Below, piece after piece: positions 52,151 through 62,457 of a stretch of 64,000 bases of DNA (position 1 is its first letter; the number at the start of each line of letters is the position of its first letter). Source of the stretch: Gekko japonicus (lineage: Eukaryota); the NCBI RefSeq assembly GCF_001447785.1, contig NW_015163636.1:127551-191550 (forward strand). Direction: 5' to 3'. The notes under the pieces were generated by a model. That model worked only from the letters and a program-made list of their open reading frames with translations, was not told where the DNA came from and did no database searches. The translations under genes were made by a program, and so were the position numbers.

Positions 52151-53396
52151 GTAAGTCATGGGAATCTTGTTTTTCATTAAGTTGGGACGACACCCAAGAC
52201 AGAGGCAGGCCATTTTGTGTGATCATAAGGCCGATTCCCATGTGACCACCATGAGGACTTTGAGTCAGACGTGCACCTGGAGTTCTGCTCTGGGAACTTA
52301 ATTCCCAAATGCACATGGGCCTAATTCAGCTTGGGACCACTGGCCAATGAACAAAGAAAGGGGGCTTCACCACCATTTTCCTGACATGAACTAGCACCAG
52401 GAGGCTGTTCCCAACACTGCCATACTCCCAGGAGCATGGTGGTGGGCACCCCTGGACTCTCATCCCTCCGGGCCCTGCCAAGCCTATTCACTCCAGTAGG
52501 AGCAAGGGGCAAGGAGTGGTATCACGACACTCTGGGAATCTGCACATCTGTATGATAAAAACCATAGAGATGAGCAAATTCCTAGAGGATCTTGATGACA
52601 CTTCCAGGCACAAACTGGAAGTGCTGTCAGTGCCATCACAAGAAGTGAGGCCTCAGTGTCATATCCAGTCCCACCTTGCCCCTCCCCTTGCTCCCACTGG
52701 TTGCCATTGCTCTACTAGCAACCCGAGGTCTCAAGCAGCAGTTGGGAAAGACCTATCTCTGCCTGAAAGACCTTTATCTGCAAGAGTCCAATCTGTCAAC
52801 CAGATACCTAGCTAGATGGACCAAGGAACTGTTTTGGTATAAGGCAGCTTCATATTGGGATGCGATTCCTGACATTAATTCCATATTGTCTATCTTGTTT
52901 CCTTGAAATGTTAATGACACAGAGTGCATAGTAGCTTGTTATGACTTATGCCTAAAACATACATTGGACAGAACTGAACTTTTGTTCAGGTTCTCTTCCT
53001 CTGAACCTGGCAATCTTTTTGTTCTTCTCTCACTGGCAATCTTTTTGTTCTTCTCTCACCACATTCCACATTAATCAATCCAGAATGTAATTCTGATGTG
53101 TAAAAAGAACATGCACGTATACCCCATTTTCTCCCCACAGTAATATGAGTTATGAACTTCAGATTATCAGTAATGGTCATTTTATATTATTCCAGTTCCA
53201 GGCACGTTCCAGGCAGCTGAAAGCCATATCAGAATGCAAAATATTGTTCCCCTGCTGTGACACCAGTAAATCATCAGCCCTCACTGGAAGCCGCTCCAGC
53301 AAATGTCGCTGTTGAGAGAGGCTGGCCTAAAATCCCGTGCTTTGGAGCAGCCGATTCCTAAAGATGTTTGTTTCGGTTTTCTTTCCTTGCCTCCAG

Positions 53397-53640
53397 CCGC
53401 CGCTGACCTCTATGTCAATGCCAAGGAGGTGGAGTACACATCATACCTTGAAGACCGTCCAATGTACATGCTGCAGTGCGCACTTGAGGAGAACTGCCTG
53501 GCCTCCACGGCTGTCAACACATCTGTTACCACCGGTTACAGGAGGCTTCTGCGTTTCTCCTCCCAGATTCACAACGTCGGGCAGGCAGACTTCCGCCCTA
53601 GACACGGGCGCCATGCCTGGATTTGGCACGAATGTCACAG
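53397..53640 (+). CDS. LOXL2: LOXL2-type coding exon (exon 10), start of the lysyl oxidase catalytic domain; GC donor
   Basis: ctccag|CC acceptor, CAG|gcaagc non-canonical donor, 244 nt. Translates AAADLYVNAKEVEYTSYLEDRPMYMLQCALEENCLA...RRLLRFSSQIHNVGQADFRPRHGRHAWIWHECHR. Confidence 0.93.
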
Positions 53641-56600
53641 GCAAGCATTTGGCCTTCCCCTTCAGTGTTGTAGACTGTAAAAAAGGCAGATAGAATCCAG
53701 GTATTACCTAGAGTATTACCAATTGAGGGACTAAAGGAGAGCAATAAACACACAGGTAGAGTTTTGTACTGCTAGATTATAGAGGTTCATTTATTGAGTT
53801 TACTGAGGTATATAGACTTGCAGCTGCCGGAGTCTTCCAGAAAACTGGCCTGGACAGCAGACTTGGGGATCCCCTGGAAGTATTATTGACTCTCATTGCA
53901 TCTACAACACATGGTGCAAATACAAGTTTTCTCTACCACCCACTGGGTGAAAGATCACTATGCCTCTTGAGCCATTCTGCCCACTGCTGCAATAGCAATT
54001 AACCAATCATAAGGAATATATCCCTTCTCTTAACAGGGATAAGTTCCAGGTAGAATATTATGCAAACATGGTAAGCCTGGTGATAGAACCATCTTCTCAT
54101 GTTACAGAAACCATCCCCTCATGTTAAGATGATCTTAGTCATTATTTTATTATTAGTTGCAGAGTATTCTAGTGCTGTTCTCATTTCGGTTTCCAGTTGG
54201 CCACTGATGAGAGACTGGGGGGGGGGACACTGGGGGGGGCATCATTGGAACATTGGTGTAACATCACTTCCAGAACAAACCAGGAAGTGACATAATTGCA
54301 TCAACATGACACCTTAGAGTTTGCATCTAGGATTTCAAGTTTACCCCAGAAGTGATATCATATTGTGACAGTTATTTTTGACGCATCTCTACTGAGTTTC
54401 TTTCCCGCACTAAATGCTGCCCTTCCAATGGTCTGCCCCCAAATATCCAGGAACTTTCCAATTTGGAGTTGGTAACCCTAATTATGATCTGTCAGGTGCT
54501 AGACAATTAGCCAGCCACTATATTTGTTGCAGTCGTAAGCAGCCTGCAAGTGCAGGCGCTTTGCCAAGGCCCTGGTAAGCTGCCAAGCTTGGCTGGTGGG
54601 CCACATTCGGCTGGGTGGATCACAAGTTCTCCAGGGCTGTCCTAGTTTAATTCCACAGATTACCAAAAACCGGGTCACATCACAGCCTGGTTACAAAGGG
54701 CTGAGCCCTCTGACATTTCCGAATAGGCCATGTTTAAGTGAGCCTGCCTGTGTATTTAACAGGTCTCTGTTTGCACAGAGGACTACGGACTCAATTCCTC
54801 TTCAGAATTTCCAGTCTGTAAACACTGTAGCATAAACACCTTTTTGAATGATACAGACATATTTTAGGAACGCGGTCAGACCTGAAGTTTAATCTTTTTT
54901 TTTTTTTTTGCTCTGGAAATAACCCGACCAGCCAACTTCAAAGTAAATAGTTTGGAAGCCTCAAAATGCCTCCTCTTCCTCCTCCCTCTCCAACGGTCTC
55001 ACTATTAACTGTGTGCTTCTGTTCAGGACACGGAAGCAAGGCGGGGTGGGGGAAGGAAGGAATGGGGAAAGCCATTTAACAGGCAGGTAAAGGTAAATGA
55101 AGAGCACCTGGAAGAAATTTTTAATCACAGTGATTTTTTTGGATCTTGTATTCCTTTAGGAGAAAAAATGCCTTGTTCCTCACCTTATGTCAACACGATT
55201 TTAACGAGGATAAATACATTGGTATATTAGGCATTGCTACCTGATCCCCAGTGTCAGATGTTTCCTGTTAAGCCACAATTTATTTTTGCAGATGAAAAGG
55301 GGGCTTACTTTTCAGTCGCTTGGTTTCCCTTAGCTAAACTGGGAAGTGTTTGTTTTGTTGGCGGAATCCTATGCTTGGTTTTCCATGTACATACATAGCA
55401 GAACAGAAATCGGGCACTGCTTAGGAGAAGGGCTTACTGCCATGAACTGGCAGAGTGGCTAGAGGGTTGAGTGTAGTTATGGGAGATCTGCTACCAATCC
55501 CTGGTCAGCTGTGTCCCTGGAAACGTCCTAATCTCTCAGGCTAGCCCATTTCACATGATTGTTGTAAGGCACAAAAGCCATGTAGGCTTTTCAGAGTAAG
55601 GCATTTGTAACAAAGAGTGTCATTCAGATGTCCAGAATCACCATATTTTCCTTTTCTAGAACAAAGTATGCCATTACTAGCATCCATAAAAATTATAATT
55701 AGGAATGCCAGGCCCATACCCGCACTATCTGGGGGCTGTTTTGGGACAGGGCGAGGAAGGTGACAGAGCCACACAGCCAATCCCTGAAACACTCTAGGAA
55801 TCCCCAAAATTCTAGAATGTTGCAAGGGGAGGGGGTCACTTCTGGGTCTGTGCCGGGGAAGCGATGTGGAAACATCAGCGACATTGTTCCCCCTCCCCCC
55901 ATTTCCTCCTCCTGCTGCTGCTGTTGAACAGAGGGAGGGCAGGGGCAGGAATTCCCACACCCTCAGTGGACACCTAGCAGTCCTAATTATAATACTTGGA
56001 TTAAGCACATCTGTAGTGCTTCCTTCCTCCAAAGACCACAAAGCTAATTCTTTCTCAGACTACCAAACTACGCTTTCCAGAATTTGCAGGCAGCCATGAT
56101 TGCTAAACTGCTATAAAACGAATGCCATGTTGTGACTTCTTTCAGGGTGTAGAAGCCGTGGCTATTCTATGCCTGAGGTATAATCGTTTGTGGTTTGATA
56201 CTCAGTAAGGTGCTCCCCCTCCCATGAAACTCCCTCCCAAATGGCACCCCCATGTGGCAAAGAAGAGCAACAAGATGCCAAACTATCAAGTGTATGGTTA
56301 CCAACCTCCAAGTGGGGCCTGGAGTTCTCCCAAAATTACAACTGACCTCCAGACTACACTTTTCAGTTCCCATGGAGGAAATGACAGCTTCCGGTGGCAG
56401 TCTCTGCTGAGCACCTCCCTCCTCCCCAGGCATTGCCCCCAAATCTCCACCAATTTCCCACACCACAGCTCACCCGACTGTGTCTGGTGAAGATCACATG
56501 CAGTGTCATGGACCCCAGTTTCCAGCTTTATACAACCATTTACCTATATGGACTAGCAAAGTGATTTTTGTATTTATTAATTTGCAGAAACTGTGCAGCT

Positions 56601-57894
56601 TGATCTTATAAAGGAACTTGACACATATTCAATTGCTTAGCACTGATTTGCTGACAAATCCCATTTTTGAACCAGACTGGGCACACAGTAGGCCAAATGC
56701 ACTTTGGACCCATTCGCCTGCAGCCTTTGACCAAGTGACACATCCAACCCAAGTGGTCTCCCTCTGGTCAGCAGCCCTTGATCCCCCCACAGCAACTTGG
56801 TAGGGTGGCAGGGGGGGAATGTACCAAAAATTGCTGTCACTCTGATGGCATAACATCACTTCTGGAGCAAACCTGGAGGTGGCATCATTGTGTTAATGTG
56901 ATGCTGTACAATTCATCAGAATTTCCAGTGAATTCTAGTGCATCGCATCAATGCAGTGATGTCACTTCTAGGCTCACCCCGGATGTGGTGTCATGCTGTT
57001 GGAGCTATGGCACCCCCATTCTCCCCCGCATCTCCTGGGATCCATCCAGTGGCTGGCAACCCTGAGTCCTGGACTAGAATATTCCCAAGACTTGAGCAAG
57101 CAGTGAGCAGATATAGGCCTGGTTGACCTTACCCATAGTGTTTTGCATTAACTCAGTCATCCCTTTGTTTAGGACAGAGTGACGTGGACACCTGGATGCA
57201 ATAGCCACAGCTGTTGTTAATTTCCTGCCTTTAACATTGCAAATTGGACTTTTGTTAGAAAATTCCCACGAATCGGGTACATTCTGATCTCTTTGGTGGC
57301 TTGTTGGAAAAAGGGTGATGGAGATAAATAATTACTTGGAGAAGGTTGGGAAAGGTTGATAAGGAAAGGTTGCTAAGGACCTCCAACCAGTGTTTTAGGG
57401 GCCATTGACTTTTAATTAGGGATTGGCATGAACTGAACCAGGAAGCAAAATTCATCATGAATTTTGCCCTGTTCGTGGTTCGCAAACTGAAGTTCATGAT
57501 GGGTCTACCATCACAAACTTCCACGAACTTTTAAAGCAGTTCATGGCCGTTCATGGATTGAGCAGAAGGCAGCAGTTGCCTTCTGCTCAATCCATGAACT
57601 GCCATGAACTGCTTTAAAAGTTCGTGGAAGTTCATGATGTTTAAAGTGGCTCTGAGTCCCTTTAAACCTCTGCTTTCTTTCCCCCACAAAAGCTGCAAAA
57701 ATAGCTGAGTGGCGGGGAGCAGCCAGAGTTACTGACAGCCCTAGAGTAGCCCCTCGCTGGCAATGTTCAGGACAAGGCTGTAAATGGTGATTTGGGTTTT
57801 TGGTGTTTCTAGGTAACAACACTGTGGATTTTTTAAAGGCAGCCTGACGCCTGCTTTCCTTAATCAAGACATTGGCTTCCCTTCTGTCTCACAG

Positions 57895-58010
57895 GCATTA
57901 CCACAGCATGGAGGTGTTCACACATTACGATCTGCTAGATCTCAATGGCACCAAAGTGGCTGAAGGAAACAAGGCCAGTTTTTGCCTGGAAGACAGTGAG
58001 TGTGCACCTG
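57895..58010 (+). CDS. LOXL2: LOXL2-type coding exon (exon 11), copper-binding His and LTQ Lys
   Basis: ctcacag|G acceptor, CTG|gtacgt donor, 116 nt. Translates [38 protein letters not shown] and completes the WHxCHxHYH copper motif. Confidence 0.95.
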
Positions 58011-58392
58011 GTACGTACATTTCTGCATGCCCCACTGGCTGGGATTGCAGTTGATTTGTTTCAATGCTGTAACATTTTGCACAAGTGTAGGAAAGCACAT
58101 GGAAGGACCAAAGTACCAGGCCTTCTGTGGACTTAATTCTTTATATTCCATGGTGTAGCAGCAGGGGATTTGAAAGACCCAGTTTTCCGATACAAATCTG
58201 CCCGACGAGATTATCATCAGAAGCCTTTCTCCAGTTATCCCCAACATCAGAAGTAAGGAATGGATCTACTGTAGACAGTGCCTTTTTAGTGATTGCACCC
58301 TTCTTACAGAACTCCCACCCAAAGGATGTTTTCCTGGCACCATAGGCATGCGACAAAATCTTTTCTATTTACATGTGTCTTTGGAAGTTATT

Positions 58393-58730
58393 GGAGCTGC
58401 GGTGGCTCAAGTGGTTAAGACACTGAACTGCAGGCTGTGGAAGGTCAGTAGTTCAGCAGTTCGAGACCCGGGTGCCGCATGACGGAGTGAGCTCCCATCT
58501 CTAGTTCCAGCTCCTGCCAAACTAGCAGTTCGAAAGCAAGACATTGCAAGTAGATAAATAGGTACCACTTCTGTGGGGAGGTAACAGCGTTCCGTGCGCC
58601 TTGGTGTTTAGTCATGCCGGCCACATGACCACGGAAACGTCTTTGGACAGCGCTGGCTCTTCGGAAATGAGCACCGCAACCCTAGAGTCGGATTCGACTG
58701 GCTTTCGAGCAAGGGAACCTTTACCTTTAC
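58393..58730 (+). mobile_element. Full-length Sauria SINE
   Basis: Head, body and ACCTTT tail; TSD ctttggaagttat at 58379-58391 and 58731-58743. Confidence 0.9.
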
Positions 58731-59438
58731 CTTTGGAAGTTATATTGGAACATCATATAACTACAATCCGGTTTTCTATCAGTTCAATTTGGGAGTCTAG
58801 ATTCATTTCTCCATTTTGTATTGGAGAAATTGTATTCTCAATTTGCCTGTTTCAACAATAGCTAGTTATCAAATCTATAGCCATGTTTATGGTCTGGAGC
58901 GTTTGTTGGTCCTACAAATGTGAGGGGACCCAGGGACTCTCTTGAGCAATTAACTCCGATACAAAGATCTGGGGTTTGCCTGATATACAAACAAGGGTTG
59001 TTCCCCTCCACCCCTTTTCGTGTTTGGAATGCCCCAAACTGTGTATACATGTGAATGCACACACTTCCTGAGTGGACAGAAAAATGGACTCCTTTCATTT
59101 GATAGTGGAGGAATCTTCTGCTGGAATTAATATAGGCACCCTTGTAGATAAGGGAGTTCTATTTACACCCACTTTCATTTAATAATATGGGGGCCATCAA
59201 CTGTGCTATATCTTCCACATACTCCCTCCATGGTTTGTTTACTACATTTCCTCTGTCCCATTTCCTCTGTCATCTGTCCCTAATTATAGGACTCATAGTA
59301 ACAGATGCCATGGCCTATGTTTAGCCTCACGGGACAAGTGATTAAGACTGCCAAAAAAATAGCACATGGGAACAAGTGAATGTCATTTGTTACACCACAG
59401 GTCTAATCCGAACAAGGACCCTGTTAAGATGCAACTTG

Positions 59439-59874
59439 TGGTGGAATTGTGAAAAAATATATAAGTTTTGGAAAAATGTAAATGATCTGATAACTGAAAT
59501 GCTGCATATAAACCTACAATTATGTCCGGAGATTTATTTGTTAAATATTATTCCGAATGAACATAAAGGAAATAATTACTATATATTAACATATATGCTC
59601 ACAGCGGCTAGAATTTTGATTGCTAAATACTGGAAGCAAGAAAAACTACCGAAAAGAAAGGAAATAGTCGAGAAATTAATGGAAGTCGCAGAAATGGACA
59701 AATTAACTCTTATCCTGCTTAGGAAAGATGATAAGGTGTTTAAGGAAAGATGGGCAGAATTTTACAAATGGTTAGAGTATAAAAATTTGTAATAGACTTA
59801 CATAGAAGACATGTTCAAATATCAATGTAATGGTTGTATATTTATGAAAATATAAATAAATCTGTTAAAAAAAA
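59439..59874 (+). mobile_element. 5'-truncated L1 LINE (ORF2 C-terminus plus 3'UTR)
   Basis: Peptide WWNCEKIYKFW...LTAARILIAKYWK...W is typical of the L1 ORF2 end; AATAAA and poly-A; 13-bp TSD aagatgcaacttg at 59426-59438 and 59875-59887. Confidence 0.88.
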
Positions 59875-60059
59875 AAGATGCAACTTGAAGTATTAAAAAA
59901 AAAAGCAGGGAGGGGGATACACTAAGGGAGAGCTATGTTTTGTGCATAACCAGTACAGTTGCAGATGCACATTTGGAAGCATGGTCACATCACAATGCTT
60001 GTCTAAGCCCCATTGAACTGGATGGCTACATTTGATCCGATTTTAGGATTGTGTGTGCC

Positions 60060-60278
60060 TAGGGTTGCCAGCTCTGGGTTGGGAAATACTTGGAGATTTT
60101 GGGGGTGGAGCCTGAAGAGAGTGGGATTTGGGGAGGGGAGGGACCTCAGCAGGGTATAATCCCATGGAGTCTACCTTCCAAAGCAGCCATTTCCTCCAGG
60201 TGAACTGATCTCTGTCATCTGGAGCTCAGTTGTAATCCCAAGAGATCTGCAGCTACCACCTGGAGCCTGGCAACCCTA
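60060..60278. mobile_element. hAT MITE of the TAGGGTTGCCA family (other copies near 10330, 38500, 45119, 48857, 56295, 56801)
   Basis: TIRs present; 8-bp TSD tgtgtgcc / tgtatgcc. Confidence 0.87.
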
Positions 60279-60601
60279 TGTATGCCCATCTGGAGCCTCT
60301 TAGTGATCCTTGCAAACTAGTTGCGTGCAATCAGAGCCTCAAGCTGCTTATGCAGACCAGAGGAGCAAGAATATCCCCTTGCAAGGCTGGTGAAAGAAAC
60401 GTCTGATGCCAGCTAACCTGGGACATGATGGCGTTTGATGAACACTTGGAGAAGCCGGGCTGCAACAAGTATTATGCTTGGATGACTGCAGCTGTTCTCT
60501 TCCTTAAAGCTGAACAGACTGCCAAAGTCTTGGGAAAGGGCTTCTAGATGCAACACTGTGATTGATGTTCTCTTTGCATCCGCATCCCTTCCTTTTTTTA
60601 G

Positions 60602-60738
60602 GCATCCAGAGGCAGTATGGATGTGCCAATTTTGGGGAGCAAGGAATAACCGTTGGGTGCTATGACGTGTACCGGCATGATATTGACTGCCAGTGGATCG
60701 ATGTGACAGATGTCCCACCAGGAGAATACATCTTCGTG
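60602..60738 (+). CDS. LOXL2: LOXL2-type coding exon (exon 12), LTQ Tyr
   Basis: tttttttag|GC acceptor, GTG|gtttgt donor, 137 nt. Translates [46 protein letters not shown]. Confidence 0.93.
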
Positions 60739-62105
60739 GTTTGTTGTGATTCATCAAAATAATAGTTGACCTACACCTGCAGTGATCTTAGGGCAGTGAT
60801 ACCTAGGGTTGCCAACTGCCTGGAGTAAGATTGTCCTGCCCTTTTAATAGAGGCTTAATGAGATGTTCATTACCTGGGGATGTTGTTTACCTCCCTGCTA
60901 TAAAAAGCTTCAGCTGCCCATTAAGCCCCTCTTAAAGGGACAGGGTGTTTTTTTCTCCAAGTCCATGGGCAAAACTAGTGATCCCCACCCTGGAACCTAT
61001 AGGCACCACTGTGTTCCCTGGCACCTACTTCCTTCTTCCCCCCAACAATATATCAAGGGGTGACTCAGAAGAACCCAGGAGGCAGCACTTTTGTGTCTGC
61101 AAAAAGCACTAATTCAAAAAGAGATGCCTCCACCATAGCAAGATGCTTGACTAACAATCACCCGGTATTCTGTGACTGGCCCCAACACCCACAGCAGCCA
61201 TTTTGTGGTTGGTTGTCCCTCAACCCATGGCAGCCATTTTGTGATGGAGAATCCATTCAGTGTTCTCAAAATCCCAAAAGTGCTCACATGCCAAACAAAA
61301 TTAGGGGCTCTTGTCTAGGGAACTGAAAACTAAGGGCCAGTATATCCCATCAGCAGAATCAAGTGGTGAAGCTTTTATTCACACTGCAAGAGAGATGGGG
61401 GCACATTTGAATGCCCCCCTCCCCAAACCCTATAGGTGTTTTGCACTCTGTGAAGCAGCCACTAGATTACTTCTTTGTCCAAGAGACCACGATCTCTGTT
61501 TGTCAGTGCTTTAAAGAATCAAAGTGTATGGGATCAGGAAAGGTTGAAAATACTACTTATTGTCAAAGCCAATTAAATTTTAGAGTCTAAAAACAATTAA
61601 ACTTTCCTTACAGTGTTTATGGTTCTCTCTCATTGATACAAATCAGAACCAAGGAGCAAATTAAAATTGCATCTCCAGAGGCATAACCGTGCTTGTCTGT
61701 TGCAGCAAAAATAAACAGGTGTCTTTTGTGGACCGTGAGCCACTTCCTCTGATGTAAAGTGCCACAAGAGTCCTATTTATTTTTTAAGCTGTTATTCCCC
61801 CTCCCAAAAAAAAAGAACAACTGTTGTTGGAAATTTATCATTTGTAGGATATTTTCTAGGATGAAACTCCCAACTCTGGAACTGGGGAATTGTCTTGAAT
61901 CTTACCAAGGACAGAGGGAAGGCTTGAATCCAGTCCTGAGTTTCTTCCACAAACAACTGTCTGACCACTGTCTGTATGGGGGGAGGGGGATTTGCTATTT
62001 GCAGTTCCAGTTCCTGGATCAGTTTGCCCCCAGAAAACTCAAATGCAGCACCTTAATCCGTATGTTTAGATGCTACTGAAGCCTCTCTGGCAATCCTTTA
62101 CCTAG

Positions 62106-62217
62106 ATCCATGTCAACCCACAGCAGGACGTCGCAGAGTGTGATCATTCCAATAACATCATGAAATGCCAGTGCAGGTTAAGTGCTGAACGTGTCTGGAT
62201 GTTCAACTGCCATATAG
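62106..62217 (+). CDS. LOXL2: LOXL2-type coding exon (exon 13), end of the catalytic domain; not in the supplied ORF track
   Basis: tttacctag|ATC acceptor, ATAG|gtgagt donor, 112 nt. Translates IHVNPQQDVAECDHSNNIMKCQCRLSAERVWMFNCHI, aligning to the LOX-family VNPxxxVAExDxxNN...C...W..NCH pattern. Confidence 0.92.
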
Positions 62218-62457
62218 GTGAGTAGAAAAACGGCTGAAAAGATGTGCTCCATATCAAATTGGTATGGAAGTACCTGACACTTCATGTGTATTGCTGCCTG
62301 CCATATGTCATGCATGCCCTGTAGAGGGGTAACCAAACTGCTAATCACATGGCTTCATAAAGCTGTCTTATACTGAGTCAGATCATTGGATCATCTGGCT
62401 TGGCATTGTCCGTTCTGACTGGCAGCTGCTATCTAAGCAGTTAAATGTCTTCTCCAG

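Noticed and set aside
53677-54106. Solo LTR just after exon 10 (likewise ~20216-20585, ~21242-21750, ~22209-22785)
   Set aside because: LTR-like composition and TG/CA-like ends, but I could not find matching TSDs or firm boundaries.
59376-59792. Novel 138-aa gene
   Set aside because: It is the C-terminus of L1 ORF2 within a TSD-flanked, 5'-truncated insertion.
4998-62217. Assignment as LOXL3 or LOXL4, or as a pseudogene
   Set aside because: Diagnostic peptides ([45 protein letters not shown]) are LOXL2-type. All ten exons splice in frame without stops and keep the Cu ligands and LTQ residues.
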